From: a virus
Reading direction: 5' to 3' (one strand)
IMG/VR virus record: IMGVR_UViG_3300030098_005498
Location: 25,484-89,483 of that record
DNA: 64,000 bases
The translations under genes were made by a program, and so were the position numbers. Within the stretch, counting starts at the first letter, position 1. Each line of letters starts with the position of its first letter. Below are positions 10,562 through 20,701 of this stretch, piece by piece. The notes under the pieces are model-generated. The model was not told the origin of the DNA and did no database searches. It was given only the letters and a program-made list of their open reading frames with translations.

Positions 10562-10847
10562 TTAAGTTCTCCAACATGTTTTTTACTTTACAAATACATT
10601 CTGATTCTGTAGCTCCCTTGATATGTATTTTAGCCTTGTCGCTCATTCCAAATTTTCTTAACTCTTGGTTACTTAGAATAGATTCACCCATCATGTTATC
10701 ATTAGCAAGAGATCTTACTTCTATTTTAAAGGTAAGAACAGCAATATGTGGGAAATCTTTTCTTGGTGTTGATTCAAATTTTTCTAATTCTTTTTTTCTA
10801 GCTATCTCCATTAGCTCTGAAAAAGAAGATGGGGATTGTTTTTCCAT
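10542..10847 (-). CDS. hypothetical protein
   Basis: ORF coupled to its neighbours. Confidence 0.55.
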   Translation of the reverse strand: MEKQSPSSFSELMEIARKKELEKFESTPRKDFPHIAVLTFKIEVRSLANDNMMGESILSNQELRKFGMSDKAKIHIKGATESECICKVKNMLENLNVESRK

Positions 10848-11203
10848 TATTTAGGCGTTTCTCCTGTTTTTATATAGTGCGTTTGTTGTTCAGGAGTCAT
10901 AGATTGAATAGCTCTGTGTTGTTCTCTTTTCTTTTGCACTTCACTGCTAACCTTTTTCTGTAATTTATCACCCTCTCTTTTGGCCGTTAGTTCCATGTTA
11001 CTCATTTGCTGTGTATTTCTATCGGCTAACTGCCCTATAGTCGTGGCTTCACCCCTAACAAAAACTGTTGGAGCTGTTATAAAGATTTTATTTAAAGTTT
11101 CTTCTCCGCATATTGGGCATTTTAAAGTACTAGGATCATTAAAACCCTGTTTTATTTCTGTATGATATGCACAGGGTTCACATTCAAAGTCATAAGTTGG
11201 CAT
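10847..11203 (-). CDS. FmdB-family zinc-ribbon protein
   Basis: MPTYDFECEPC...CPICG signature. Confidence 0.85.
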   Translation of the reverse strand: MPTYDFECEPCAYHTEIKQGFNDPSTLKCPICGEETLNKIFITAPTVFVRGEATTIGQLADRNTQQMSNMELTAKREGDKLQKKVSSEVQKKREQHRAIQSMTPEQQTHYIKTGETPK

Positions 11204-11273
11204 AACTTCTCCAATAATATATAAAGAATCGGGTTACTTTATTATCGTTTATAGTATCCCGTAAAACAACAAA

Positions 11274-11942
11274 TTATTGCAATCTAGTCAAAATTTTAGA
11301 TATGATATCATTTCTAACAATATCTTCATTTGTTAGTTCGCATATCGCCACACCTTCTAGATTTTCTAAAGAAGACATACATCTTTTTAAGCCACCAAAA
11401 GCATCACCTCTAAGGTCTGTTTGATCTAGGTCTCCGTTTATAACAGCTTTTGAGCCAATCCCAATACGTGTTAAAAACATTTTAATTTGTTCAAAGGTTG
11501 CATTTTGGGCTTCGTCAAGTATCATAAATGTATTATGAAAATTTCTTCCACGCATATACTCTAGTGGGCATATTTCTATAGTATTTGTTGCCCTCATTGA
11601 GTTGTGTGTTTCTACGCCCAAGTATAGTTTTATTTCTTCTATAGTCGGAACCATGTACGGGTGAATTTTTTCATTTAAAGTTCCGGGTAAAAATCCAATA
11701 CCTCTACCGGATTCTACAACTGGTCTAGTTATAACAATTTTTTCTACTTTGTTTGATAAGATATATTCACAAGCCATGCCTACTGCTACAGCAGTTTTTC
11801 CAGATCCGGCGGGACCAGAGCAAAATGTTATATCCTGTTCCGCCATAGATATAATATAATTTTCTTGATTCTCCGTTTTGGGTTTTAGTTTTTTTCTAGA
11901 AGGTCTAATTGGCTGTTTCTGAGATGATCGTTTACGACCCAT
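11274..11942 (-). CDS. phoH: PhoH-like ATPase
   Basis: GPAGSGKT, TRPVVE, GFLPG, YMRGR, LDEAQN, GDLDQTD. Confidence 0.95.
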   Translation of the reverse strand: MGRKRSSQKQPIRPSRKKLKPKTENQENYIISMAEQDITFCSGPAGSGKTAVAVGMACEYILSNKVEKIVITRPVVESGRGIGFLPGTLNEKIHPYMVPTIEEIKLYLGVETHNSMRATNTIEICPLEYMRGRNFHNTFMILDEAQNATFEQIKMFLTRIGIGSKAVINGDLDQTDLRGDAFGGLKRCMSSLENLEGVAICELTNEDIVRNDIISKILTRLQ

Positions 11943-11961
11943 GCTATCTCCCTACAAAAGA

Positions 11962-13155
11962 TTAATAGATTGCACCATCTAACGGGACATAATTTTGTGC
12001 TGTCGCTCCTTGATATAAAAATAAATCACTGCAATCATTTTGAAAACTAAGTGTTGCTTCTATATTTCCACCTCCGGTATCACCTCCCGTTACATCAAAA
12101 CTTGTCAAATAATTTCTATTACTTAAATCCCATTGAAAAAGATCAGTTGGGCTAGATTCTGGATAAAGTATATTTGTTAAAATACGAATTTGTCGATTTG
12201 TTTGATACTTACCAATACCTTTGTTTTCAGCTCCATATGTTCCTGCTGTATGGTAGGTGTCTGTAAGGGTGTGATTTTGATCTGCACTGCTTACAAAATA
12301 GTGAGATCTAACAAGACCTGTAAAACTAGCCGTTATTGCAACTGGTAATTCCATAACCTTCCATCTGTTAACCTCTGAGGACGTATCACTACCTCTCCAC
12401 ACGCCAGTATCTGGAAGGTCTCTGTAGCTAAAAGAACAATCTATATTGATACTTTGTAGTCCAAAAATTGGAGATCCTTGAAACTCATTACCTATATTGA
12501 ATGCTTCATTTACCTCTTTTGGAAATATACAGTTCGATATATCAATGTCTTTTCTGGTTAAATTTTGGGCACCTTGTGGTAATGAACCAGCAGAGCTTGC
12601 CGCATCAGAGAAGTCAGTCCATGTAGAATCATTTAATTGATCATACATTTGGGATTGAAAAGTAAGATCTTCTGTTATAGTTCCATCGACACTTATATTG
12701 TACGATATATTGGTCAATAATGAATGTTTAAATATATAGACAGAATATTCTGCTCCTAACCCGGCAGCACCAATATTGTTTAAAGAATCTGAACCATAAA
12801 AAATAGCTATATCATAATCTTTTACAGATTCACCACCTGGACCGACTCCGTTTGAGCTAAGTAAATGACCGGCTTCATAGGTAGTTTGAGATGTCTTATA
12901 AAAAAACCCAGAACCGTTGCCTGCAAGCGGTAGCGTTCTAGAAATTGTTATAACAAAATTTGTTTTACCATATCTAGTAAAAGTTTGGTTTAATCTACCA
13001 TTATCAAAAAGTGTTTCAGGAGCTATTTCTCTATTGATACCTATAGCCTGAACTCCAGGTAGCCAGTTAGTTGCACCCGTTCCGCCATCTCCAGTCCAAA
13101 CGCCTTGACAGGCATAAAATATTCTATTATTTGGTGTAGTAAATGGATCGCTCAT
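11962..13155 (-). CDS. putative virion structural protein (tail tube-like)
   Basis: NNRIFYACQ start, G/T/S-rich beta composition with an internal two-domain repeat; preceded by the putative late-promoter motif. Confidence 0.5.
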   Translation of the reverse strand: MSDPFTTPNNRIFYACQGVWTGDGGTGATNWLPGVQAIGINREIAPETLFDNGRLNQTFTRYGKTNFVITISRTLPLAGNGSGFFYKTSQTTYEAGHLLSSNGVGPGGESVKDYDIAIFYGSDSLNNIGAAGLGAEYSVYIFKHSLLTNISYNISVDGTITEDLTFQSQMYDQLNDSTWTDFSDAASSAGSLPQGAQNLTRKDIDISNCIFPKEVNEAFNIGNEFQGSPIFGLQSINIDCSFSYRDLPDTGVWRGSDTSSEVNRWKVMELPVAITASFTGLVRSHYFVSSADQNHTLTDTYHTAGTYGAENKGIGKYQTNRQIRILTNILYPESSPTDLFQWDLSNRNYLTSFDVTGGDTGGGNIEATLSFQNDCSDLFLYQGATAQNYVPLDGAIY

Positions 13156-13191
13156 TTTGCTTCCTTACGGACAATCAATTATTATTCTATG

Positions 13192-13202
13192 CTTTATACA
13201 CA
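13192..13202 (-). promoter_or_regulatory. putative phage late-promoter motif TGTGTATAAAG
   Basis: Identical 11-mer at 20206-20216; both are intergenic and upstream of structural-type genes. Confidence 0.5.
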
Positions 13203-13203
13203 T

Positions 13204-13503
13204 TCAGTCTCTTTCTTTAATAAAAATTCCATCTACCATCTTGCCTTTTCTGTCCTTGATATCATTCCACGCTTGTTCTAAACAATCAACTAGTGAAAGA
13301 TTATTTCGTTCTGCAATATTAATCAAAACCACCATCATATCACCAATATCATCAGAAATATCTTTACCCCTGCATAAATTGTCCGATAATTCTCCCATTT
13401 CTTGGGCTAGTTTGCAGAACTGGTCTTTATCTGTAGATCCTTCAATAAGGTTTCTGGCATGATGCCATTGTTTGATCTTTTCAACATAATTCTCTAGACT
13501 CAT
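13204..13503 (-). CDS. mazG: MazG-like nucleotide pyrophosphohydrolase
   Basis: KLAQEMGEL...DDIGD...IKDRKGKMVDGIFIKE. Confidence 0.85.
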   Translation of the reverse strand: MSLENYVEKIKQWHHARNLIEGSTDKDQFCKLAQEMGELSDNLCRGKDISDDIGDMMVVLINIAERNNLSLVDCLEQAWNDIKDRKGKMVDGIFIKERD

Positions 13504-13510
13504 TTTATCC

Positions 13511-13708
13511 TCATTTTTTAAACTTGAAATGTATCTTGTCTAAATGAATCGTAATATATGTCTCGTCTCCGACTTCATTGACTTCGACATTCTTTACTAC
13601 TCCACCCACAATATTCGATAATTGTTTTATCAATTCTTCATCAATACCAAATCTCTCTAATATTCCATTAATAAAGCCGTGAATAATCCCATAATTTTGT
13701 TGGTCCAT
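13511..13708 (-). CDS. hypothetical protein
   Basis: Short coupled ORF. Confidence 0.5.
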   Translation of the reverse strand: MDQQNYGIIHGFINGILERFGIDEELIKQLSNIVGGVVKNVEVNEVGDETYITIHLDKIHFKFKK

Positions 13709-13927
13709 TTAAAATAACTCCGATTGATATCTTTTTAATGTCTCAATTCTACCATCAGCATCAGCCAATTTGGATAATGCTTCGTTCAAATTATTATGGA
13801 GATCTGATGTGCTATGATCTCCAATACCCGCTGGGAAATCTAGCATAATTTTCAAACTAGTCAAAGCTTGAAAGCGATCAGTTTTAGCTTGACTCAACAA
13901 GGCATTATATACATTCTTTTTATGCAT
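13709..13927 (-). CDS. hypothetical phage protein
   Basis: PAGIGDH motif common in small phage proteins. Confidence 0.6.
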   Translation of the reverse strand: MHKKNVYNALLSQAKTDRFQALTSLKIMLDFPAGIGDHSTSDLHNNLNEALSKLADADGRIETLKRYQSELF

Positions 13928-14549
13928 CCATGGATCTCCTAATTATGTCTAGTGTAAATTTGAAGGGTTGTCCGTCAATTGATTCTACTAAGTCCCACAT
14001 TTGCTGAGCTATATCTCTGATTTCTATCTGGGCGTGTTCACTATTTCTAAGCTTCTGAAAGTTGGCAAAACTCCGCATATTGAACATTATATCAGCCTGA
14101 ATCTGACTGTTATAAGTCTTGAAGAATCTGGCCGATTCTTTTGCTCTTTTGCGTCCTAAAATAGGTTCGAGTTCGGCAATGGCTTCATGGTATAGATCAT
14201 TACCCATCATTGTATACTTTTCAAGTTTTGCTGCCCAGTCATCGGGCCAATCTTCTGGTAGGTAGTATTTATTTTCTTGAAGTTCTTTGTATCTGGCGGA
14301 TTCAGCGTTAAGACTACTGATTCTGTGTTTCAAAAGATGGATATGACTGGCGATTTCGGTATCAACTAGAAAATGCACAACACCTTTTTCAAATGGAGTC
14401 TCGTGACCATTACTCCACAACATATCAATTAGTTTAGGGATTCTTGCCCGCTTTTCATCAGTTAGGTTTCTGCTTGTGGAGGTCCAGGCACTGCAAGCAA
14501 TCACAGTGTCAGAACCATAATAACCCAATAGCTCAACTTTGTTTCCCAT
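13920..14549 (-). CDS. thyX: FAD-dependent thymidylate synthase
   Basis: HETPFE, KHRISSLNAESARY, LRNSEHAQIEIR. Confidence 0.93.
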   Translation of the reverse strand: MGNKVELLGYYGSDTVIACSAWTSTSRNLTDEKRARIPKLIDMLWSNGHETPFEKGVVHFLVDTEIASHIHLLKHRISSLNAESARYKELQENKYYLPEDWPDDWAAKLEKYTMMGNDLYHEAIAELEPILGRKRAKESARFFKTYNSQIQADIMFNMRSFANFQKLRNSEHAQIEIRDIAQQMWDLVESIDGQPFKFTLDIIRRSMDA

Positions 14550-14585
14550 ATTATTCGTTATTGTTCCTTGTTTAAAACTACCGAA

Positions 14586-15038
14586 CTATTCTCCATTGTA
14601 GTCTTCTTTAACTTTTCCTAGCAATTGACTAGACGATGTGGTTTTTTCGCCTCCAACATTGTAGCGTAGATATATTCCATTTTGCTTACAAAATTCTGCT
14701 TCTGGAGTATTATCTCCGGCCCTATCTCCTCCATTCATAAAATATATACCATTTACAAATGGATCATCACAATGCATATTGTAAATTTTTTGAATGGACT
14801 TTACAACAGTATGATCTTCATCTATAGAAAGTATAGCCATATGAACAGCTTCCAAGGCGTTTATAATTCTAAGCCTTGAAACCTCATCCATAAAGTTGGT
14901 AGAGCCTTTAAGTTTTACCTGATTGTCATTATTTACAATAACGTAAAGCCATTCACACTTTTCTTTTGCACCCTGTATATAGTCCAAATGACCAGTGTGA
15001 ATTGGATTAAAGTATCCTGAAACAATTCCTATTCTCAA
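14586..15038 (-). CDS. cytidylyltransferase-family nucleotidyltransferase
   Basis: SGYFNPIHTGH (HxGH), NGGDR, KTTSSS. Confidence 0.85.
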   Translation of the reverse strand: MRIGIVSGYFNPIHTGHLDYIQGAKEKCEWLYVIVNNDNQVKLKGSTNFMDEVSRLRIINALEAVHMAILSIDEDHTVVKSIQKIYNMHCDDPFVNGIYFMNGGDRAGDNTPEAEFCKQNGIYLRYNVGGEKTTSSSQLLGKVKEDYNGE

Positions 15039-16105
15039 AGCAGGTCTCCTAAATCCATGTCATCCAAATCGTTTTTACTAGCACCAATTTTATAACTAGT
15101 AATTTCATGTTCTTGTGGTGCGACTTGAACACTTTCACTTTGCATCCAGGCTTGTGTCCATCCGGCAATCGGATTCTTCCCTACATTGTCATAAGGTAAG
15201 CCAATAGCTTTGCGTCTTGACATACAAAGCCAATCAATATATTCATGAAGTACTGATTCATTTAAACCAATAATTGAACCATCTTTAAACAAGTAAGAGG
15301 CCCATTGTTTTTCTTCCCTGGCGGCACTTTCAAACATTTTTATTGCCGCACCCTGGCATTGTTCTGCTGTCTTTAGAAATCCTTCAGATTCTTCTGAGTT
15401 TAAAATCTTCAAAATTTCTTGAGTATTTGTTAAGTGTAAAGCCTCATCTCTTTTGATAAGTTTAATAATGTCAGCATTGCCAACCATTTTTTTATTTTCT
15501 GCAAAGGCAAAACTACAAATAAAACTAACATAAAATCTTACAGCTTCCAAGATATTAATACTGATAACAGTCATGTAGATCTGTTTTTTAATTTCGGAAG
15601 GTTTATTGGTTGCGGTATGCATACCCATCAGATTATTATAGTCTTCAATTGCCGAATTGGCACGTTTCATAATTTCTTTGTCTTCATAGATACCGTCAAA
15701 TACCTCGCGGCTATCAGCGTATACATTTTGTATAACATAGCTATAGCTCTGAGAGTGAATCTTTTCAAAAAACTGCCACGTCATCAAACACGCTTCTAGC
15801 TCCGAATTTGTGACATATTCTAACAATGTAGGAACGCCTCGACAAATAACACTGTCAAGCATTGTTTGGTACTTTAGATTGGATGTAAATATAAACTTCT
15901 CATTATCAGACATTTCCTTAAAATCAGAACGATCTTTCTTAAGCTCGATTTCTTCGGGCCTCCAGAAGTTTCCCATCTGCGTGCTGTCCAGCTTTTTAAA
16001 TACTGGATATTTTAAAACATCATATCTTTGAACACCGAGGTCTTTTCCAAGAAACAATGGTTGAGACATAGGATCTACATTTTTAGTATTAAATATTGTC
16101 TTCAT
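15035..16105 (-). CDS. nrdB: ribonucleotide reductase class Ia beta subunit
   Basis: FWRPEE, EKIHSQSY, EAVRFYVSF, RDEALH, VAPQE. Confidence 0.96.
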   Translation of the reverse strand: MKTIFNTKNVDPMSQPLFLGKDLGVQRYDVLKYPVFKKLDSTQMGNFWRPEEIELKKDRSDFKEMSDNEKFIFTSNLKYQTMLDSVICRGVPTLLEYVTNSELEACLMTWQFFEKIHSQSYSYVIQNVYADSREVFDGIYEDKEIMKRANSAIEDYNNLMGMHTATNKPSEIKKQIYMTVISINILEAVRFYVSFICSFAFAENKKMVGNADIIKLIKRDEALHLTNTQEILKILNSEESEGFLKTAEQCQGAAIKMFESAAREEKQWASYLFKDGSIIGLNESVLHEYIDWLCMSRRKAIGLPYDNVGKNPIAGWTQAWMQSESVQVAPQEHEITSYKIGASKNDLDDMDLGDLL

Positions 16106-16271
16106 TGCTCGCCTCTTTAATCTTATGCATCAGTTTAATAATTTCCTGCCGTTTCATTGTCTTTCTTTCCTTTGATAAACTTTTTTCAAGTTTTTTTATA
16201 AGTTCAATTACAGTCATTTTTATCCTTACTATACTTACACTTAGGACATTCTTGAAATTCTTCACTTTCAA
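16089..16271 (-). CDS. small hypothetical protein between nrdA and nrdB
   Basis: Short basic ORF; start uncertain. Confidence 0.35.
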   Translation of the reverse strand: MKVKNFKNVLSVSIVRIKMTVIELIKKLEKSLSKERKTMKRQEIIKLMHKIKEASNEDNI

Positions 16272-16316
16272 ATTCGTCTGTAACCTTGTTGCATTTCGGG
16301 CAGTGCCACCAAATAG

Positions 16317-18551
16317 TCATATTGCACAAGCCCCACTTTCACATCCAAGTTCTTTTTCGGTCTCACCATCTCCATCTGGAGTATTGGCATAATAAAAGTT
16401 TTTAAGTCCGTATTTGTAACCGTATATTTGATCTTTGATTAACGCACTTAGAGGAATATTGCCATCTTCATAATGTGCATAGTTGTAGTAAAGATTTGTA
16501 CTCATCGACATATCTACAAATTTTTGAATAACAGCTGCGATATTCATTAGGCTGTGATTTTCTGTCATTTGCCATGCTAGGGTGTAATGGTTCTTACGCA
16601 TATGATAGTTGGGTACTAATTGTTTTAAAACTCCATTTTTAGCCTTCTTATGAGTCAGTAAACTTCTAACTGGCTCTATACCGTTAGTGCTATTTTGAAT
16701 CACACTACTAGATTCACAGGGCATAATGGCGGATAGGGTGGAGTGTCTCATGCCGTGCTTTTTAACACGTTCTCGCAAGCCTTCCCAATCCATTTTGTAA
16801 TTTGGTTTGACTAGCTCGTCAACCGCTTTTTTATACCAGTCAATGGGCAATAAACCTTGAGCGTATTTAGTTTCTTCAAACTTCGGACACGCCCCCTTTT
16901 CCTTGGCCAGCTCACAACTTGCATTAATTAAATTCCATTGAATTTGTTCCATTGTTCCATGAATTAATTCTAATGCAGCAACATCCTCATATTTAAGTTT
17001 ATTCTTTGCTAAGAAACCAGCCAAATTTGTAATACCGATACCCAAAGATCTTCTGTTTTTGGTAAAGGTTTCCCCAGCCAATACCGGATAATCTTGATAA
17101 TCAATTACAGAATCCAGTGTTAGTACTGCCATTCTGCAGGCTTGCTCTATATCCTTTTCATTTGTTAACTCTAAAAGATTCAAAGCAGATAAAATACAGA
17201 TACCAATTTCGCCTTCGGGATCGTCTATTGATTTGATCGGAATAGTGGGGTGAATAATCTCTTGGCAAAGATTAGACATGTAAACAGGAACATCCCAAGA
17301 CCCGTTTTTATTTGCGGTGTCTATATTCATGGAATAGATACGTCCAGTTTCGAGTCTCTCACGAGCAAATATCTCAGCAAGCTTCCTGGCAGATATTTTT
17401 TTCTTAAATTTAAAAGATCTCGCATTTTCATACTTTAAATACAATTCTTCAAACTTTTTATTATCTCCAAAAGCCTCGTACAAACCCCTTGCCTCGTCGG
17501 GGCTAAAAAGAGTGATGTCTTTATTGGCTATTAGACGGTCATAGAAAAGTTTACAAAACTGAATACTATAATCAAGTTTGCGGACTCTGTTGTCGTCTGT
17601 GCCAGCATTGTTTTTAAGCACCATAATATCTTCTATTTCATAATGCCAGAAAGGAATATGTACTGTTGCGGAACCTCCACGAAGTCCATTTTGACTAGTT
17701 GACTTTACGGCGGATTCAAAATTCTTTAGATAAGGAATTACACCAGTATGAATTACTTCACCACCCCTGATTGGAGAATTGATTGGTCTCATACGTCCAA
17801 TATTCAGTCCAATACCAGCACGTCTTGCTGTGTATTTTCCAACAGCGTGGATACTAGAGAATATTCCATCAAGATTGTCATCGACATCAACCAATACACA
17901 AGATGCAAATTGACGGATATTTGTTCTAACACCTGCCATAATTGGCGTTGGTAAATTTATTTTAAACGTTGAATAACAATCATAAGCTTTTTTGGCTTCT
18001 GAAACATTGTCAAATAACGACATTGCAATACACATATAAGCAAATTGTGGCGTTTCATATATCGTGCCAGTACTTCTGTTCTTAACCAAGTACTTGTCAA
18101 TCATCTGTTGTAATCCGGCGTATGTAAACAAATTATCTCTAGTATGGTCAATATATTTACCTAAAACGTCTATATCTAATTCTGACCATTTTTCTAAAAT
18201 AGTCGGATCATAAATTCCTTTATCTACATTCCTACGTAAAAAAATAAGAAAGTCAACAGGTTTGTGATGTCTGCTGCAATTCCATACATCTTTTCTTAAC
18301 TGCATATTAAGCAATCTAGCTGCTACGTATTGATAATTCGGATTGGATTCAGAGATTAAATCATTAGCAGATCGAATTAAGATTTGTTGTATTTCTTTTG
18401 TTGGAATACCATCATAAATAGATAGGTTTGCATTCATTTCTACGTCTGATAGAGATACTCCGTTTATTCCATCGGTGGCCCATTCAACTATTTTATGTAT
18501 TTTTTCAACGGAGAAATCTTCCTTTTCTCCAGTGGCTTTTGTGACTTGCAT
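16317..18551 (-). CDS. nrdA: ribonucleotide reductase class Ia alpha subunit with ATP cone
   Basis: VTKATG ATP cone, ETPQF, FASC, SNLCQEI, CESGACAI C-terminus; start placed at MQVTK. Confidence 0.96.
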   Translation of the reverse strand: MQVTKATGEKEDFSVEKIHKIVEWATDGINGVSLSDVEMNANLSIYDGIPTKEIQQILIRSANDLISESNPNYQYVAARLLNMQLRKDVWNCSRHHKPVDFLIFLRRNVDKGIYDPTILEKWSELDIDVLGKYIDHTRDNLFTYAGLQQMIDKYLVKNRSTGTIYETPQFAYMCIAMSLFDNVSEAKKAYDCYSTFKINLPTPIMAGVRTNIRQFASCVLVDVDDNLDGIFSSIHAVGKYTARRAGIGLNIGRMRPINSPIRGGEVIHTGVIPYLKNFESAVKSTSQNGLRGGSATVHIPFWHYEIEDIMVLKNNAGTDDNRVRKLDYSIQFCKLFYDRLIANKDITLFSPDEARGLYEAFGDNKKFEELYLKYENARSFKFKKKISARKLAEIFARERLETGRIYSMNIDTANKNGSWDVPVYMSNLCQEIIHPTIPIKSIDDPEGEIGICILSALNLLELTNEKDIEQACRMAVLTLDSVIDYQDYPVLAGETFTKNRRSLGIGITNLAGFLAKNKLKYEDVAALELIHGTMEQIQWNLINASCELAKEKGACPKFEETKYAQGLLPIDWYKKAVDELVKPNYKMDWEGLRERVKKHGMRHSTLSAIMPCESSSVIQNSTNGIEPVRSLLTHKKAKNGVLKQLVPNYHMRKNHYTLAWQMTENHSLMNIAAVIQKFVDMSMSTNLYYNYAHYEDGNIPLSALIKDQIYGYKYGLKNFYYANTPDGDGETEKELGCESGACAI

Positions 18552-18653
18552 TAATAACATACCTTTCTGATTCAATGTTTTATCTATGTAGATTATTATA
18601 CACTATCTAGATAGAAAAATCAATATGAAAATTCAATATTAGAGATAATTTTC

Positions 18654-18910
18654 AATATTTGAAACGTAATATTGTTTGTCTCCAAAGAGGGGTTAATTCC
18701 TCTTGGAATTCTATAGCTTTTGACACGGCTTTATTTCCATGAAAAACTTTATCTTTTGGTTTCCATGCCCGTTGTAACTTATATACAAGATTTTCAGTAT
18801 AGCAATATCTGTTCAATTTGCTCTAAAGAAGAATTTTCTTTTATACTTTCAATAACTTCTAATTTTCTGTTATGATCCTCAAACTCAAAATATTCTGTGA
18901 GAAGTATCAT
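18654..18910 (-). pseudogene. possible frameshifted small gene upstream of nrdA
   Basis: An ATG with AAGG RBS opens MILLTEYFEFEDHNRKLEV..., which stops after 38 codons; coding-like fragments continue in the other two frames to ~18654. Confidence 0.3.
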
Positions 18911-18930
18911 CCTTTTTCTTTCCTAAAAAT

Positions 18931-18954
18931 AAAAAAGGGGGAACATGTCCCCCT
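18931..18954 (-). terminator. Rho-independent terminator
   Basis: AGGGGGA-CATGT-TCCCCCT hairpin followed by a T tract. Confidence 0.75.
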
Positions 18955-18971
18955 AAATCTAATGTATAATC

Positions 18972-19307
18972 TTATTTATGGTGAGCGTCTATCTTAGAAA
19001 TTACGGTATCAAATTTGTTATTAATTTCCGCAGAGATCTTTTCGTAGGCGTTCTTGTTTTCTGATGTTATCATTCGACATTCAACAACGTTTTCAGCGAT
19101 TTCGTCTATCTTCTCTTCTACATTTCCAATACGCTTTTCTACACGTTGCAGCCGTTGATTTAAAGACTCGTTTACTTTTTGTTCTAACACGATAATCTGC
19201 TTTCCTTGTTGAACTAAAGTGTATATAACCCAAGAAAATACAGGTATAGCAAATACGCTAATCATTTCAATTAAGTTGCGAATTAGTTCCCATGTTTCGG
19301 GGGTCAT
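18972..19307 (-). CDS. single-TM coiled-coil protein (holin/XhlA-like)
   Basis: N-terminal hydrophobic helix followed by a heptad pattern. Confidence 0.5.
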   Translation of the reverse strand: MTPETWELIRNLIEMISVFAIPVFSWVIYTLVQQGKQIIVLEQKVNESLNQRLQRVEKRIGNVEEKIDEIAENVVECRMITSENKNAYEKISAEINNKFDTVISKIDAHHK

Positions 19308-19417
19308 GATGGAGGCTCCGGTGATGTATGTTTAATCAAAAAAGAAAGGGGCTTATGAAATACTTAAGATTATACTTCATAAGGAAAGTGTCATAAACCC
19401 CTTTCAAAAATCAAGGT

Positions 19418-20125
19418 TTACATACCAGTAATTGGTTTGTAATCAAAGAAGTCGCCACCACTAGAAACTGAAGTGGTAACAAAGTCTACCTTCATAACCA
19501 ATTCACCAGGAATAGCACGAGTCGGATTGGCAGCACTGTCGGATTGAGATGCGGTTGATCCGGCAACAGGATCAAACATATCAAGATCAGTAGCTGTTGA
19601 CGGTGCTTCTGGGGCAGTCCCTCCAGAATTCAACCAATTAAGCCGTGACTTAATGGAAGTACCATTATCAAGATTTCCATTCCAAGAGAATGAGTTACCT
19701 CTCCATTTAGCAAGCAACCTAGCACCGAAGTCGTGCTTGAATTGAAGAATTGAGTTGCCTTGATTACTAGAGTTAGCTCCAGGAATCAATAAGTTGGTTT
19801 TTGCAACACCAGAAAGAGTGGTGGTTTGTGTCATAATAACATAACTTCCAGCTGCCTGGAAAGCAAAAGTACCACCAGAAAGTACTTTCTGAGTGCCGTA
19901 TAAACCGCCGGTATTTGTAGGATAAGAACCGTAACCTGGGTAATCACGTTCTACCGGACCGGGTACTTTTTTAGTGTCATCGGTAGCGTCCTTCAAGGGG
20001 AAAGATTTTGTGATAACCGTTCCAGTAGTTGAATTACCAAGAATTGTTCCGCCTTGGGTAGTTGCTGAATAAGCACCGCCTGTAGTGTTTACAAGGTAGC
20101 TTGCAGAGCCATTTGGTACTGCCAT
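19418..20125 (-). CDS. putative virion structural protein
   Basis: G/T/S-rich; strong AAGGAG RBS before MAVPNG; preceded by the late-promoter motif. Confidence 0.55.
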   Translation of the reverse strand: MAVPNGSASYLVNTTGGAYSATTQGGTILGNSTTGTVITKSFPLKDATDDTKKVPGPVERDYPGYGSYPTNTGGLYGTQKVLSGGTFAFQAAGSYVIMTQTTTLSGVAKTNLLIPGANSSNQGNSILQFKHDFGARLLAKWRGNSFSWNGNLDNGTSIKSRLNWLNSGGTAPEAPSTATDLDMFDPVAGSTASQSDSAANPTRAIPGELVMKVDFVTTSVSSGGDFFDYKPITGM

Positions 20126-20205
20126 AATAAAATCTCCTTTTGAATAAGTATAAAACAAAACTACGATGATTCCAATTTATCCAAAAGAAGATCCGATTCC
20201 TATGA

Positions 20206-20216
20206 CTTTATACACA
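20206..20216 (-). promoter_or_regulatory. putative phage late-promoter motif TGTGTATAAAG
   Basis: Identical to 13192-13202, with a similar downstream CATAG(G)AAT. Confidence 0.5.
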
Positions 20217-20221
20217 AAATT

Positions 20222-20701
20222 TTAAAATTCACATATCATTTTACATGTTTTTATGGCATTTTTTAGTTTGCGTCTAGCAGTTTCCCTTGAATAGCCATTT
20301 CTACGTCCAATCTCTTTCATGGTCATGTTTTCGTAAAATCTTTGTTCTAAGATATTTGCGGTTTCTGGCTCAAGTCCATTGATAATGTCAATAACTTCTA
20401 ACTTATTTATATAATTGCTATCCATTTTATCAAAATCATCAACATTGAACTCTACTCTTTTTTTCTTTATTTTATTTTTAAAAGCGTATGAAAGTTGTTG
20501 GTATAAATAAGACGTGAATTTAGTTCCACGAGTTTCGTCATATTTCTCAATACATCTCCATAAAGTATTCATTTGAATGGATTCAATATCATCAAAATCA
20601 ATATTGTTTTTATACCTGTTAGAAACTTTATTCATAATATTTCTAACGTTGCTATCATTCCATTTCTCATCAAATTTTTGATTTACACTATCCATCATCA
20701 C
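20222..20701 (-). CDS. RNA polymerase sigma70-family factor (regions 2 and 4 only)
   Basis: LWRCIEKYDETRGTKFTSY (region 2); MTMKEIGRRNGYSRETARR (region 4 HTH). Confidence 0.88.
   Translation of the reverse strand: MMMDSVNQKFDEKWNDSNVRNIMNKVSNRYKNNIDFDDIESIQMNTLWRCIEKYDETRGTKFTSYLYQQLSYAFKNKIKKKRVEFNVDDFDKMDSNYINKLEVIDIINGLEPETANILEQRFYENMTMKEIGRRNGYSRETARRKLKNAIKTCKMICEF

Noticed and set aside
4304-18551. Inteins or introns in dnaB, recA, nrdA and nrdB
   Set aside because: Lengths are normal and no splicing motifs or interruptions were seen.
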